Assembly (NCBI GenBank): GCA_973895155.1
Contig: OZ316891.1
Coordinates: 26,653,972-26,717,971, forward strand
From: Marsupella aquatica
Taxonomy: Eukaryota > Plantae > Marchantiophyta
Direction: 5' to 3'
Length of the DNA stretch: 64,000 nucleotides
Position 1 is the first letter of the stretch. Every line of letters begins with the position of its first letter. The notes beneath the pieces are model-generated. The model did not search any database and had not been told where the DNA came from. It saw nothing but the letters and a program-made list of their open reading frames with translations. Position numbers and translations under genes: made by a program. Of the stretch, positions 23,819 through 37,600 are shown piece after piece.

Positions 23819-26800
23819 CGGCCATCAACCTGACACACACAACATGTAAGTGAGCAAGAGATGGATGCCTAACCCCCCTCCCATGCCAGGCCTGATGGCA
23901 GAGGATGTGGACTTCCAAGGGCAAGGGACGGAAACTTTCTCGCCTGTTGAGATCCCTACCTATGATTTCTCAATAAGACAAAAGCAAAGCAATCACATGT
24001 CATTGCACTGCAGCTGATACTGCTGTCAGACAATCTACTTTTTGCCAATCAGTTTGCAATTGCTGTGGGGGTGGTAAACTAAGGGCTGCTACATTTGAGT
24101 TGGCTCTAAGGTACACACTGCAGAGCAAGAGGAGAAACAGACAATAGCACACACCTCAGAGAAAATCCAAACATGTAACCAAGCATTTTTCCTGCCTCCA
24201 AGCCAATGGCTCAGTTTGCTGTTGTGCCATTTCCCCTGAAAAAAACTCAATACCATACATATCAGAGCAAGACAGAAAACACAACAACAATAGAGCTTAC
24301 ACATCAGAGTGAGGTGTACTAAGCAGGGGGTTTGTACAATGCTAACAAACATGAAAGTTATTTTTTGTAGGTGGGGAAAGGTATTGCTAGCGAGTCACAA
24401 TCATCCCAGATACGGAATGAGTTTAGCAAGTCTCTCAGGCACCTTTGTCAGCGAGGTTGCTAGCCTCCAGCATTGGATTTTTAATGCATTTCTAGGACTC
24501 CAGATGGTCAGTAAGTTCTCACCATAATAGGGTCCACAATTTTGTTTTTTTACAAACAAATCCCAGTTGTTCGCGTGGTACTGATGCCTAAGTTGTATGC
24601 AAGCAAACATAAAATTTCCCAGCAAGTAAGGGTATTGCTACAGAGTCACAGCTGTTCCCAAATTCAGTATGGATTTATGGAGTCTCTCAGGCAGCTCTTT
24701 GTTAGCAAGGTTCAAAATATCCTTAGATGTAGGGTTTCTTATGCATATTTGTAGGAATCCAGACTGTCAGCAAATTAGTTAGATAAAAACAGAGTCCAAA
24801 AATTGGGTTTTCTGAACAAAAAGTACTCTTTGCTAGTATGGTATTGATGTCATGCTATGAGCAGAGCAGGCAGAGAAACCTGTTCCAATAGAGCTAGACT
24901 TTAGATGTGTCCATGTAGGATTCCAGATGGTCAGCAAAAATAGATTTTCTGAAAGAAAAAAATTACTCTTAGCTAGCATGGTATTGATGAGCTCTGAGCA
25001 GAGCCAGGCAGGGAAAATAAACAACACCAGTGTTTGCAATTGAGAATTATGGGGCACTAGCCTGATTACCCATCCTTTGAACATAAATAGACATGAAGAC
25101 AAAATTAAATCTTGCAAAACAAATATGCTTTTTTGTTCAACTGCCTCCATCCTGTGTTTTGTCACCCTCACTTCTATTTTGTCTTTATTGAGAGTCACTA
25201 TTAATTTGTCCTTATTTATAGTCAATGTCAGTTTGTTAATCTTGCTCACATCCCTTTGTTTTTGGTACACCTTCACTTTTCGGTGTTGTCCTATTGAGAC
25301 TTATGCCTCTAGAGAGTAGCCCTTGAAAGTAGCTTTGCATTGCTCTTTATTGGTAAGATAGCTTCCATGAATCACAAGTGTACACTACAATAGTTAAACC
25401 ATTACTGCCACCTGAAAGGAGCCCTGCCTTTAACTGCTCATCTGCCTAGGTGAACTAGTAGACCTACCTTTCAACGTAGGACCCTCTTACCTTAAAAATA
25501 TTTCTCAGTGATTTCTCAAAAATAGTAACTATTTTTGATGCCTTTGTTTATGGGACTGACAGATAGCTATTGCACATTTTGACACTGATACCCAAAAATT
25601 CTCAAAAATAAGATAGTCTTTTACATACACGTGGAATGCCACATGACAGGAGTGCTATGGGTAACTGGCTACTTTATTTGGGAACTGTGAATTATGGACG
25701 TGCAAGTATGTTTGATCTCTTTGAGTTTCTGAGAACCTGCCATGTAAGCATTTATGGTGGATTCTATCTCACTAAAGTTCTCACAAACTTTACGCCATCA
25801 CCATATGGATTGTTTTTACGCAGCCAAGGAATGGCCTGAGATCAGCTGGTTAAAGGCCACTGACCAGCTATCCACAGATGAAAAAATTCAAATTTTCTGG
25901 TCAATTCTAAACAATCCAAACTTCTCGTGGTGGGGAGGAAAATTTGATTGATATATGTAAGAAATCTCAATTCAAACTCTCATAATGAGCATGAAGGAAA
26001 AACAAATCTTCCTGAAGCTAGTGAGCAATTCAGCCATAGTCTGCATCATAACAGGCTTAGGCTAACTGCAACACTGAATTGCTAAAAATAATGAAAATTA
26101 ATGTGCTCTAACAAATACACTGAGCTATTACAGTGCTCGTAATGAGTCAGTAAAATAATGAATATAAATAATGCTACATGCTACTGTAATATCAATGAAC
26201 CATTGAATCAAATACTAATATTAGACTGGATCCTGTCCAAATGCCACTGAAGTAAATTGTGGTTGACATTCAAAAAATATGAAACTTTACACACACCCCA
26301 ATCCTTCAAGTTGGTTTTTGTTGCAAACTCATTCTTGAAGTCCTGGTTGGAGATAGTATTGTTCTCCAAGAATCATATCAAACACTAGAATACCCTATCC
26401 CACCATTAAGCCAGTAGTCCCTTCACAAAATCAGAAAAAGCAGAACCAAGCCTGGCCCTTCAGCAAAAACCAGTTTTTTGGCATCATCAGATCCACCTAC
26501 ACACTCCTCACCTCTCAAATGTCTGCCTAAGCTGCCCTGCGCCTGCCCAACATGAAAAGTAAAAATAAATAAACAAATGAAAATTTTGAATTCTTTTGAG
26601 AAATTAGTTCATGGACCCCTTGGCTAATAAAATCAGGGGAGAGTCGATCTGAGCCGTCTCCATTTCTTATCTCCGGAAATCTCGTCCGTCCATCATAATG
26701 GCCAATCTATGGCTCAAAAGAAAGATCTCAAATAGATCTATGGATGGGTTCTGTCCGTTTTGCAAATGGGTTAATTTTTTTCAAATGAAAAATTAAACAA

Positions 26801-27030
26801 ATCCAAGCCTTCCTAGCCGTCGATTTTGTTGATTTTACGATCTTTGCCGTCCATTTTGTAATGCCTCTAGAAATCTTATTCATCCATGTTAGAAGGCAAT
26901 CTAGGGTGCAAAAAAAAGATCTCAATGAGATCTACGACTGGGTATTTTTTGTTTTGAGAATGAGTAAATAGTTTTGAGTATAAAATGCGATGAACTTTCA
27001 AGATTCCAGCCATTCCTCCTCCCCGATATA

Positions 27031-28317
27031 TCTATATCTATGTATATAATAAAAAGTATTATAATTTATTTATTATATAAAAAATACTTTTTATAAATCT
27101 TTGAATTTAAGTTTTAAAATTGGAAATGTAACTAAAACGGTTACATAGTGACAGTTTTAACTGTCTTGCTCTTTGCATTTCCAATGTTTTTACTTTTCTT
27201 TTTACGGCACGACGTCCCAAAATTTACACCCAAATTGACACAAACACGAATGAAAACTATAAGTTTGATTCACAAAACCAACGAGTCTTGTTTGTGGCGG
27301 TTGTTATTGACGTGGCACGCTGTGGTGCCAGGAATTTTGGAAGGGACCTCTAGTGGGGTCCGTAACTATGAATGGATATAGAGACAAAATATATTGAATT
27401 ATTCAATAAGAACTTTAAAACCAAACAAATCAAAACAAACATATTAATTTGCTCCTATTGTCGCATTGCACGTTCCGATGATCTTAGAACCTTCGCTTTC
27501 CCCCATAACAATTTTTTCACAACATCACCAAAATGAATATATATTTGTAACAACAGCCCAGCCAAAATGACAAGACTTTCACACCCATAAGGTATGATTA
27601 ATAGTCCTATTGTTTTCTTTTACCATGGTTGTCTTACAAATTTGAAATTTGTTGTGCCAAGGAAGTTTGGGAAGCAAAAAGAGGAGGGCAAGACTCAAGA
27701 AAACAAGAAAAGGGTGAGGGGCAAGGATCTAGGAGAAAGGGGAGGGGGGAGGCACATGGATGGGAAATGGGAAAGGGGAGACTCTATCCTAAACCTTTCC
27801 CCTCTCACACATGGATGGGAAAAGGGAGGGGGGGGGGGTGGTTCTATCCTAGATGCTTCTCGTGCAGGGGTGGGAACAAGGGGAGGGGCAAGGACCCAGG
27901 AGGACAAAAGTCCTTTTCGATTCTGCCCCTACCACATCCCATGTGAGTATGTAGTTTTTTATTGAAGGGGTTAAGATTTTGTGATGTGTATTCTCTTTGC
28001 TTTTCAATATGAGTGTGTAATTTTTTACTGAAATGAATAAAGACTTCATCATGTGTATTCTCTTCATTCTTAAATATTGACTATGTTTTTCTTTCACTTT
28101 GTATGCTGCAAATTTTGATACAACAACATCTTTTCCTCCACAACATCTTTTGCACAAAGCCATCTTTTGCGCAATTGCATGACTTGCATCTTTTGCACAA
28201 CTTCTCTTACGCAATGTCATTTTTTATGCAAAGACAATTTTTGCATAATTACATCTTTATGCAATGTCACCTTTTAGACAAGGACATCTTCAGTGTAACG
28301 CACATATATTGAACTAG
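27031..28317 (+). mobile_element. Non-autonomous Helitron (about 1.29 kb)
   Basis: 5' end A|TCTATATCTATGTATATAATAAAA; 3' end has a degenerate hairpin (cagtgtaacgcac) then CTAG|T; A/T insertion site with no TSD. Confidence 0.65.
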
Positions 28318-28689
28318 TGTGCATATAATTCACTTGCTGTTTTGTGTAATCAGCTGGAAATTTGGAATCAATGTTGTGACTCCAATCAAGGTTTCAGACC
28401 TCTTATAGATTTGGCCAACATTGCCAGCAACCTTGCTAGCCAAAAACACAATTGAAATTAGAGCACTGTCTCTTCTGGTCCAACTTTATTGCATTCCGTG
28501 TTTGAAAGGGGTTGCCATTTCCATAATATGGAATGTTTTGAAAGGTATCATAAATAGAGCGGGCACTAACCATTATCTATAAAGGCAATGACAGCTGACG
28601 AGGAATGACGATGAGGAACGTATTGTTACTAAGCAAGCTGACTGATCTAAATAAACTTTACAAGAGGATTTTGTCACAGATCAAAACTT

Positions 28690-29871
28690 TCACTTAACTA
28701 CTTCGACACCGGTGCCAAAACCGTGCTCCAAAAATTAGTCTCTATCTTTACCCAAACCCATCGCATAGAGCTTGTCAAAATACCCTATGGGTGTGAAAGA
28801 CTTGTATCTAAGAGGATGTAGAGCATCCACAAGCCCTGGGCACGGGCTCACAACATTGTCACCGATTCGATATACAGAATATGCAACAGATACATGATTA
28901 GTTTTGTGATTTGTCACTGCTCGATGCTCTGCACTGAGAAATCTTCGATTCGTCCAAACCTGCAAAAGATTACATCAGACACATTCATTCCATAGCCTAG
29001 CTCAGCAGCATAGCTCTCTCTCTAATGGATCAGAGATCTACCATTTGATCATGCTGAAGATAATTATAGCCATTGATACCCAAGGACCACAGAACAATCG
29101 AAGTTCTATTCATTAAAACTATTTGAGGTTGCGACAGCTCTAGCTTCAGCGTATATGGTTACCCAGATGGGAAGCCTATCTGAACGTAAGCAGGGAATTG
29201 ACTAATAAGCCTATCTGAACATAAGCAGCCAAAATGAAATGAACGACTGGGCAATGATTAGTGGGAAAGCGCACTAAAGCTAGAAAGACAAAGGAGGTCC
29301 ATTCGCAAGAACAATGCACTCATAAGAAGTAAACTAGTACATCTGGCCCTCCAGACTTCTAGTGTAGCAACGCGACTAGGTAATAGAGTGGTCTTCAAGA
29401 AATACGTTGAGAAAAGGCCACGGAGGAGCACAAATGCATGATGTCACCAACTCGGAGACCAGTAAAGAACTACTGCAAAATTTGAACAAAGCATCACAAT
29501 TCAGTTGCGGGCAAGACGACACCTGCAGGAAATTGCCCACGTTGACAAGCAAGGCACCGTCTCTAGGTCGGACTCCATGCCAGGACCCATCTTTGAAACG
29601 GACCTGAAGTCCCCCCACATCATCCTGATGCAGAACAGTGATAATACTAGAATCCGTGTGGGCTCTGCAATCCCCCAAGTCTTTTCAGGGTCTACACATT
29701 CTGGGTAATGGTTGATTCGTAGCCTGGAAGTTAACTGTTTATTTCGAAAATCAGGCCCCAGCAAACTGTCCATTCAAGGAATCCTTTGGGAGCCCAATAC
29801 TACCAACCCTTGAATCGAGGATAAATACCGTTACTTTGCACAATTGTTTCCCGCACTCCTCAGAGGTAGAT
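28690..29871 (-). pseudogene. 2OGD paralogue pseudogene (exons 3-4 only)
   Basis: Homologous to 32659-33817; 4-nt insertion near 29773 causing a stop, a second indel before HTD, and premature TAA at 28735; exons 1-2 not found upstream. Confidence 0.88.
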
Positions 29872-30244
29872 CTGGTCACATTCAGCAGTAGTGTAGGGAA
29901 AACGGGAGATCGATCGTAGATTCAGCAAGCGGGAGATCGATTGTAGGATGGGGTATCTTTGCCATTGTTTGTAGTGTGATTATCTTGCAGTAAATGCATG
30001 GGAGTATGGACATGAAGTGGTCCTGATAGCATGCAGTTGTCCCATTATCTATCAAGGCTGTTTCTGAATATGACAAAGCCAAGTGTGAAGCGTTTTACGA
30101 CCTGTAAGACGATCTGCTCACCTCCTTAGCTGCCATCTACTACTGGAATACATAAAGAAATGCTACATGTGTTTGTTTGTTTACCTTGAAACCAAAAGTT
30201 AACCCATCCAACAGAGGATAAACGATAACTCCAGAGCATGCACC

Positions 30245-30480
30245 TAACCAACTGGCTGTGGTCAGTTGGCCAGGGGATGAGCCTCAGTAGAACGAGAGGC
30301 CCCAGGTTCAATCCGGGGTTCAATCCCCCTCCACATGCAAGGGTTATGGAGGGTGAGTGTCTGCGTGGGTAGGGTGTAGTGGTGGGAGTACTGGTTTCTC
30401 CTCAGCCCTTGCTGGTCCGCTTCGGGTCTGGTCCAAATGCTACAAGTGTTCAACTTGTGGCAGGTAAACCAAAGGCCCAG
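30245..30480 (+). mobile_element. Possible tRNA-derived SINE
   Basis: A-box-like tggtcagttggc followed by a duplicated B-box GGTTCAATCC (about 30305 and 30317); no clear cloverleaf or TSD. Confidence 0.35.
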
Positions 30481-31009
30481 CTTGCAGGGGAAACTTTATG
30501 ATAAGGGTGGGAAAAAAGGGGACAATAACTTATCAGATTTAATTACACATAAGTAGACATCAGATTCTATGGCATAACCCAAACTAAAAGTTCTTATGGG
30601 CACATATGTACACTGGTTGACAGTCAAATTGAGCTTCACACAAGCATTCAGCTATTTTTACCGCTGAGACTGTACTACAACTGGGCCAGCTTTCTTGATG
30701 CTAGCCTCAGATATATCTGTAACAATTACTTGAGGATGTGTACAAAGGGTTGATTTTAGACTTGCTCGTTGTGAACTTGCTTGAGGTGTTCTTCCCTTAG
30801 TCGTCGTTTCTACTGCTCACCTGATTCGAATCACATCATGGCCTCAGCCTAGCTGACCGGGTGTATTGTTCGATTCTTGAGCACAGGTACGAGTATCAAT
30901 TCAACATGAAAACTGGAGAAGCTGTAGAGAGAATCCTATGTGACCATCGGGCTGACTTCCATCGGATTCACTAACACTATGTTGGCAGGTTGGTAAGTAT
31001 ACCTTGAAG

Positions 31010-32077
31010 CCGTGGAAATCGATCTTGTGACTGGATTGGCTGTGAGAGGAGAGAAAAAGTCAAGCGTTTCAACCACATTCTCATAGAATCAATGAGGATA
31101 ATTCTAGCTTTGATATTCAAACTTGCATCAGAGTTCCTTGGGGAACAATTCCTTCAAATCCTCCCAAATGGTTTGTGATGTCAATACGTCAGAAAGAAGG
31201 GAAGATGTTGTACATGCCACTAAAACTCCGCGTTTACCAGGTATTGCGAGACGACTGACAGTTGTGTGAATATTTTTGAACTCCTTGTATGCTATCTGAA
31301 TCTTCGTAAAATTTTGGTATATATGTTCAAATCTCCTCTTTCCAAATTTCTGTTTTGGATGCTGAACATGGGTTGGTTCACTGGGAAATATTTCAGCCAC
31401 TGAGACTAAAGCAAATCAAGAAGATTTTTTGGACAAGTTTTGACAACGGTTGTTATTAAGAGTATGGTATCAATGTGGACAGTAAGTACTTATATAATTT
31501 ACCAGCTTCTGACATCCCACTTTCTTCTGCTCTCCAGAAAGAATCGATTCGGCTATCCTGTAATGGAGGATGCAAGTCACAACACTGGAGTCGTCAATTA
31601 TGACTTGACGACCCAAGTTAGGTACACCAAAGCTGGAGGTTGGAGGGAATGTGGCGGGTATGTTCTGGTAATGAGTATTGCGTTACGGATCAGAAGCTGT
31701 TTATATTCCCAAGAATGGCAGGGGGTTGGACGAGGATGACGGGTATCTACTCAATTTTGTGTTTGACGGAACATATCTCGGCTTTCATTTTCTGAATAGG
31801 GCATCTTCTTTGAAAGCTACTTGAGGTGCGCATGGGATAAGAAATTCAGGAATCTACAGTCACCGGGTAATCTCCTTTCACGACCTAGATTGGATTTCTG
31901 ATGATCCCAGGTTTTCCTGATACTCTATCTGTTTGCTGGATTTTTAATGCCAAAACATGACAGGAAATCCGAGGCGATTGTCATAAGTGCAGAAACCATG
32001 TCGTCTGAGCCTGGTGCTGTTAATTGAACTACCGACAAGGGTACCACCTAGCTTTCATGGCCTGTTCGTGAGCGACG
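31010..32077 (+). pseudogene. CCD1-like: CCD1-like 3' fragment, copy B, more decayed
   Basis: Colinear with 14030-14992 including introns; DLVTGLA..RINED and KLEVGGNVAG remnants; multiple frameshifts. Confidence 0.82.
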
Positions 32078-32658
32078 TAAGAGAAGTACCTGACCTGCCA
32101 TGGTATTTAATTTCAGGCACCTTGCTCTGTGGTTAGGAAATCCTGTAACATGGTTATTGTGACAGTCCGTTCAATGTGATCAAGTGTGCAAACGTAGATT
32201 TCTGCATTATGCATTAATTGTTACCTGTAAATTCTTGTCGTTCTCGTAATGTGATGGAAAGGTGGGGACGCCTGATATTTGAGGGGATTCTGTGCATATC
32301 TTCAGGAGTAAGTACAGTTGCAATCGGCTTAATAGACCCTACAATTGTGACGTTGTGAAACGAACACTTGCCAAAAGTCTCTTTCCCCTAGATCCAGATA
32401 TCTCGAAGGACACTTCCATCACCATCAAATATCTGGACAGGGCACCCGTACCAAAGAAACTGTATATATCTCCACTCCGAGAAATTGCACATAGTGGTCA
32501 TCTTGTGACAGGATACCTTGAGATCAGTCCAAATTATAATGAGAGCTAGGACTAACCATGACCTATGAAAGGAGATCAAAATATTCTTACTCAGCAAGTT
32601 GAGCTAACAATTTTGGTCTAAATAAACTTTACAGAAAATCTGTCACAGTTCAAAGTTT

Positions 32659-35222
32659 TCACCGCACGGCTTCTATGCCAGTGCCAAAAGTGTGCTCCAA
32701 CAATTGGTCACTATCTTTACCTATACCCAACGTAAAGAGTTTCTCAAAATACTCTTTGGGTGTGAATGACCTGTAGCGAAGAGGATGCCGAGCATCCACA
32801 AGCCCTGGCCACGGGCCCAGAACATAGTCACCCATTCGATGTACAAAATATGCAACCGAGACGCGACCAGTTTTGTTGTTTGTCACAGCCCGATGCTCTG
32901 CGCTGAGAAATCTTCGATTTGTCCAAACCTGCAAAATGCCATGTGGAAGAGCACATCAGTCAATCGTTCGTTTCATTGCCCTCAGCAGCATAGCTTAGTC
33001 TCTAATCCACCAGAGATCTCCTTAATCGCGCGAAACACATATTCACTGATAAAAGTGACCACAGGACAATCGAAATTTCATTATTAAAAATTATTAGCGT
33101 CGTGACCACGCTAGCTTCAGCGTATATGGTGACCCGGATGGGAATTGACCAATAAGCCTATGTGAACGTAAGCAGTCCAAATAAAATTTGATTTCCTCTA
33201 CGAGCCAACCTTCTACGACCGGGCAATGATTATTGGGAAAACGCAATTAAGCTAGAAAGACAAAGAAGGTACATTCGCAATTACAATGCATCATAATAAC
33301 ATGTAGAGTAGCAGATCTGGCCCTCCAAATTTCCAAGAAAGTGGTCTTCAAGAAATACGTTGACAAGGGGCCACGGAAGAGGACATATGCATCATGTCAC
33401 CACTCGGAGACCAGTAAAGAAACTACTCCAAAATTGAATACAGCATCACAATTCAGTTGAGGGCAAGACAATACCTGAAGGAAATTGCCCACGTTGACAA
33501 CCAAGGCACCCTCTATGGGTCGGACTCCATGCCAGGACCCATCTTTCAAACGGACCTGAAGTCCCCCCACAGCATCCTGGTGCAGCACAGTGATAATACT
33601 AGAATCCGAGTGGCTATGAACTCCCCAAGTCTTTTCAGGTTCTACACATACTGGATAATGGTTGATTCGTAGCCTGGAAGTTATCTGCTTATTTCGAAAA
33701 TCAGGCCCCAGTAAACTTTCCAAGGATTCCTTTGAAAGCCCAACACTACCAGCCATCGAATCGAGCAATAGTAATGATAGTTTGCTCAATTGTTTCCCGC
33801 ATTCCTCAGAAGTAGATCTGGTCAAATTCAGCAACAGTGCAGGGTAAACTTTAGTCAGGTGCTGGCTGATGATCACTGAGCACCTCCATTTCATAAATAA
33901 CTCACATATTCCATACAACACGCTTGAACTAAACTAATCAAATTTGTATCACATTGAGTTGCGTACTCGCTTATTCAGCTAAACAAATAAAAACTGCATT
34001 AAAGGTAGAATGTTGTCTTGTTTGCTTACGTTAATTGAAGACCAAGCCTAGTCTTCTCAGGCTCGTCTGGCCACAGAATGTGAACAAGTTCCTCCACTCT
34101 ACCAGGATAGATTTCTTCCGGTGTATCGATATCGAATGCCTCGTTCCAGGCATGAGATTTTCCTACCCTGGTGTATGCGTTAGAACGCGTGATGGGATTG
34201 AATCCAGCCTTAGAAGGCTTGTCGGGGAAGAACTCTTCCTTGACTTTCATTTTTTCCTGAGCATGAAATACTTCTGAATTAGATAATAAGTTGGCATGAC
34301 TCGGGTTTATTTTATCTGGAACGAGGCCATGTAAGAGACAATGCAGGTCACGAACTCTAAGGAAAACACTTAGAAAATGTATTACCACTTGAGAATGCTT
34401 AGAATGATCATCAAATAAGAACGTCCGAAAATGTCAGATTTTAACCTTAAAGTCTTTCAAACTTCACATCCAGTGTATGAATCTGAATCTCAATCAAAAG
34501 ACTCAGAGCTCACCTCTTGAATGCATATGCATCTGACGTACTTCGAGATAGTTTCCAAACATATTCCACTGATTTGCAAATGGAAAGGCATGTTGACTGT
34601 AGAGATTACCTATGATACATATCTTTGAACGAAATCTTCCATATAGTAACAACTTACAATTCCTTGAGCAAAGTATAGAAAAATGATATAATAAAGAAAA
34701 AATTTAGGGAATTGGTGCCTCGATGAGAGGTGCACATTTTATGGAAGGGCCATGCTTTGTGAGTACCTCGTAAGGTAGGTCAAATATATGTTGACAACAA
34801 TCAATGAGCTGCTTCAGAAGGTGAGGGGGAACACCGTGATTAACAATCTGGAAGAATCCGTACTCCTCGCAAGCAGCTCCAATCTCCTCCTGCACACTGG
34901 CTTCAGCTGCTTCACAAGCCCTAATTCGTTCCTCCAGACTGCTCCTCGTCTTCCCATCTCCGTCCAATTGAGCCATCTCCTTCCTCAGATCCTCCAATTC
35001 AACCAGAGGGGACATATCAATGACAGGAATCTGCAAGTCGAACTGGTCGTGGGCAATGTTCGGTCTTGAGTCCGGGGGCCAGACCCAAAACTCATCGATT
35101 CCCTGCGTGGCTGATTTCAAATCTCCATACTGCTCAAGTACACTCTCTACTGCAGTATCACTATCCTTGTTCTCGAAGAGTGATTGAGGAGCCACGGGTG
35201 ACATTTGTGGGGGGCTAGACAT
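32659..35222 (-). CDS. Fe(II)/2-oxoglutarate-dependent dioxygenase (DOXC class), 431 aa; exons 35222-34767, 34256-34030, 33817-33475, 32928-32659
   Basis: IPVIDM, ACEEYGFFQIVNHGVP, LRINHYPVC, HSD...H iron triad (SHSDSS; EHRAV) and RVS 2OG-binding motif; GT-AG junctions in phase (1296 nt). Substrate class cannot be assigned. Confidence 0.92.
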
Positions 35223-36283
35223 GGCTACCGAGTTTCTTAGAAATCTCCTCTTCTCCAGAGACTATCGTTGATCTGCTCCGGCACCCCTAATAAATCGTCC
35301 AGGTATCCAAGGATGAAATAATGTAGCCCGACTTTCCTGTGGAACAATGAAAACACTTAAATTAGTGATTACACTTAGCGAGCTTCGAATTTCTCACATG
35401 ATTACTTCAGCAGGTGGAGCTATCCTTGATTTAAGTTATTCTAGGGCACGTGTCTACATCAAATAATAACTATACAGACAGAATCTTCAAAATGGGCTGA
35501 GGCGAGATGAGTGCCAAAATATTATGGGAAGCAGATTTTGGTCGCATGAAGCAATTCGAGCTACTCCCACTCTGATACGATTCCACATATCCATGTCAGG
35601 GGTCTTAATAGGGCAGTCCTAAATATCAGAATTACAAATTCCAAACAGCCTTCTCACTTTCTGAACACGATCGAAGAATAACATAATGCCACTGTAAGGA
35701 TCCCTTCCACAGTTTTTAATATTTATACGCAAAAGTTAACGTTAAAGCTGATAAATAGTAGACCGAAGAGATTCAGTTGTACGTACTACAAACAACAAGA
35801 TCTTGTGGAATTCACCGAGAAGCAACATGTCTAGGGAAAAGCTCCAATTCATCACCAAAATGCACAGAAATTCGCTGACATTTCCAACTCTGATTTCATC
35901 TATTTCGATTCACATTCAATTAGAGCCTCCCAGGAACCTCCCCCACTAAATTCAAGCTCGCAAAACTGCAACTCGACTAGAATTGGGAAATGCAATGTAA
36001 AGCTCAAGTCATTTGCCCCGTGATGTGTCAGAGAACGTAGTTTGTTTTGAAGCAGCTATTACTACTGCTGGGTGAGGTGGTCCCAGGGAGCTCAACGGGG
36101 ACTTCTTCACATTCCCAAGTTACATTCTATGACTAATCTTTGGGCTCCTGCTCCTAAAATGGTGTACGCCAGAAAAGTCGTTGTAGCGTCGTCCTGAAGA
36201 ATTTGATATGAGAATTCGATGGGGAAAACAGCATTGAGATTCCACAAGCTGAAATTATACAAGGTGCTCTCCAATTTGAGTGG

Positions 36284-36610
36284 AATTGACCAACAACAAG
36301 CCTCTTACTCTGGCTCAAATTCCGTTCGATTGACCAGTAACGAAACCTCCACTCTGGCTCCAATTCGGTCGAATGGACCGACAACAAAGCCCTTCACTCT
36401 GGCTCCAGTTCAACGAAATTGACCGACAACAAACCCCTTACTCTGGCTTAAATTCTGTTGAATTGACCAGTAACGAAACCTCCACTCTGGCTCAAATTCG
36501 GTCGAATGGACCACCAACAAAGCCCTTCACTCTGGCTCCAGTTCAGTCAAATTGACCAACAACAAAGCCCTCCACTCTGGCTCAACTTTTGTGGAACTGA
36601 CCAACAACAA
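36284..36610. repeat. About 44-bp tandem repeat (about 7.5 copies) with a higher-order 3-unit period
   Basis: aattgacc.acaacaaa.ccct.cactctggctc units at about 36284, 36328, 36372, 36417, 36461, 36505, 36549 and 36595. Confidence 0.88.
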
Positions 36611-37600
36611 ATTCACGATGACCACGCAGGGAGAGTCCAATTGACCTTTGTCCAGATCTGCGCCTGAGCAGTTCCACGTGTGTGGTCTTGCTGGGAGTGA
36701 AGCATCCCACCCCCCCTCCAAGCGGTGACTCGTAGAGCGCATGTCTTGGGGAAAGCCTCCCCCACTCCAGACTTCCAGAGTTTTGTATATAGTAAAGTCC
36801 TGCTTACAGGCGTGTGCCATAAAAGCCAGAGCTTCAAATAGTGTTTGGAGGGGCTGTTATTGCCCAGGAGCCCTATGCCCGTGCGTTGCATGGCGCAAGG
36901 AGGGCCGGCCCATAGGGGGTCGGGCCAGGGGGCGAGAGGCAGGGGCGAGCGCATCGGGACCGAGGGGAGGGCGAGGCGTCATGAGGGCTGGCAAGGCATC
37001 GCGAGCATTGATGCTTGTATATGTATATCGCGAGGGGGGTCCATAATGAAGACACGAGCGTGGGAGGCCTCGCCAGAGAGGGCAAGTGCTAATCAAAACG
37101 GATACAAAAATCTTCTACAATATCTAAGGGGCAGTTTTGATTCCCACCTATTCTGGATTTCATAATGGGACAAAGGACTAAAAATGGCAACATTGTTTAT
37201 TATAGTTGTAGATAATACCCTAGTACAGGGGGTCAAATACACTTGAAGGAGATTCTTTAATAGCATTATTTTTAGCAAAGATTGAGGAGAAGTTTAGTAA
37301 TGTCCCAATCCAAATCTGGACTGTGCATTCTTCTCCATATGGTATTGACCAAAAATTACAAAGAGAAAAATCACAAGGGATGTTAAGTTGATTGAAATGT
37401 TGGTAGGTTTCTTGAATAATGTACTCCAACTCCAAAGTTCTCCAAATCCATACTTTGATTATGAATTTATGGAAAATTTTACATGTCCCCACTTTGTTCT
37501 TGTATGGGCCAGTATTTGGGGGACAGCAACTTGCAGTCCCTCTCAAATTTCCTCCCCTCTAACCCAGTTTGGATGCTCTCACGTAGGTGTCTTCTATCTG

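Noticed and set aside
30295-30330. tRNA gene suggested by GGTTCAATCC
   Set aside because: No acceptor or anticodon stems can be folded; at best a SINE head
36284-36610. Regularly spaced repeats resembling a CRISPR array (also 23621-23818 and 39135-39400)
   Set aside because: Whole units repeat with no unique spacers; no cas genes; eukaryotic context
36864-37030. Helitron-like hairpin ccgtgcgttgcatgg
   Set aside because: Terminus reads CTGG not followed by T, and the 5' end is unclear; too weak to call
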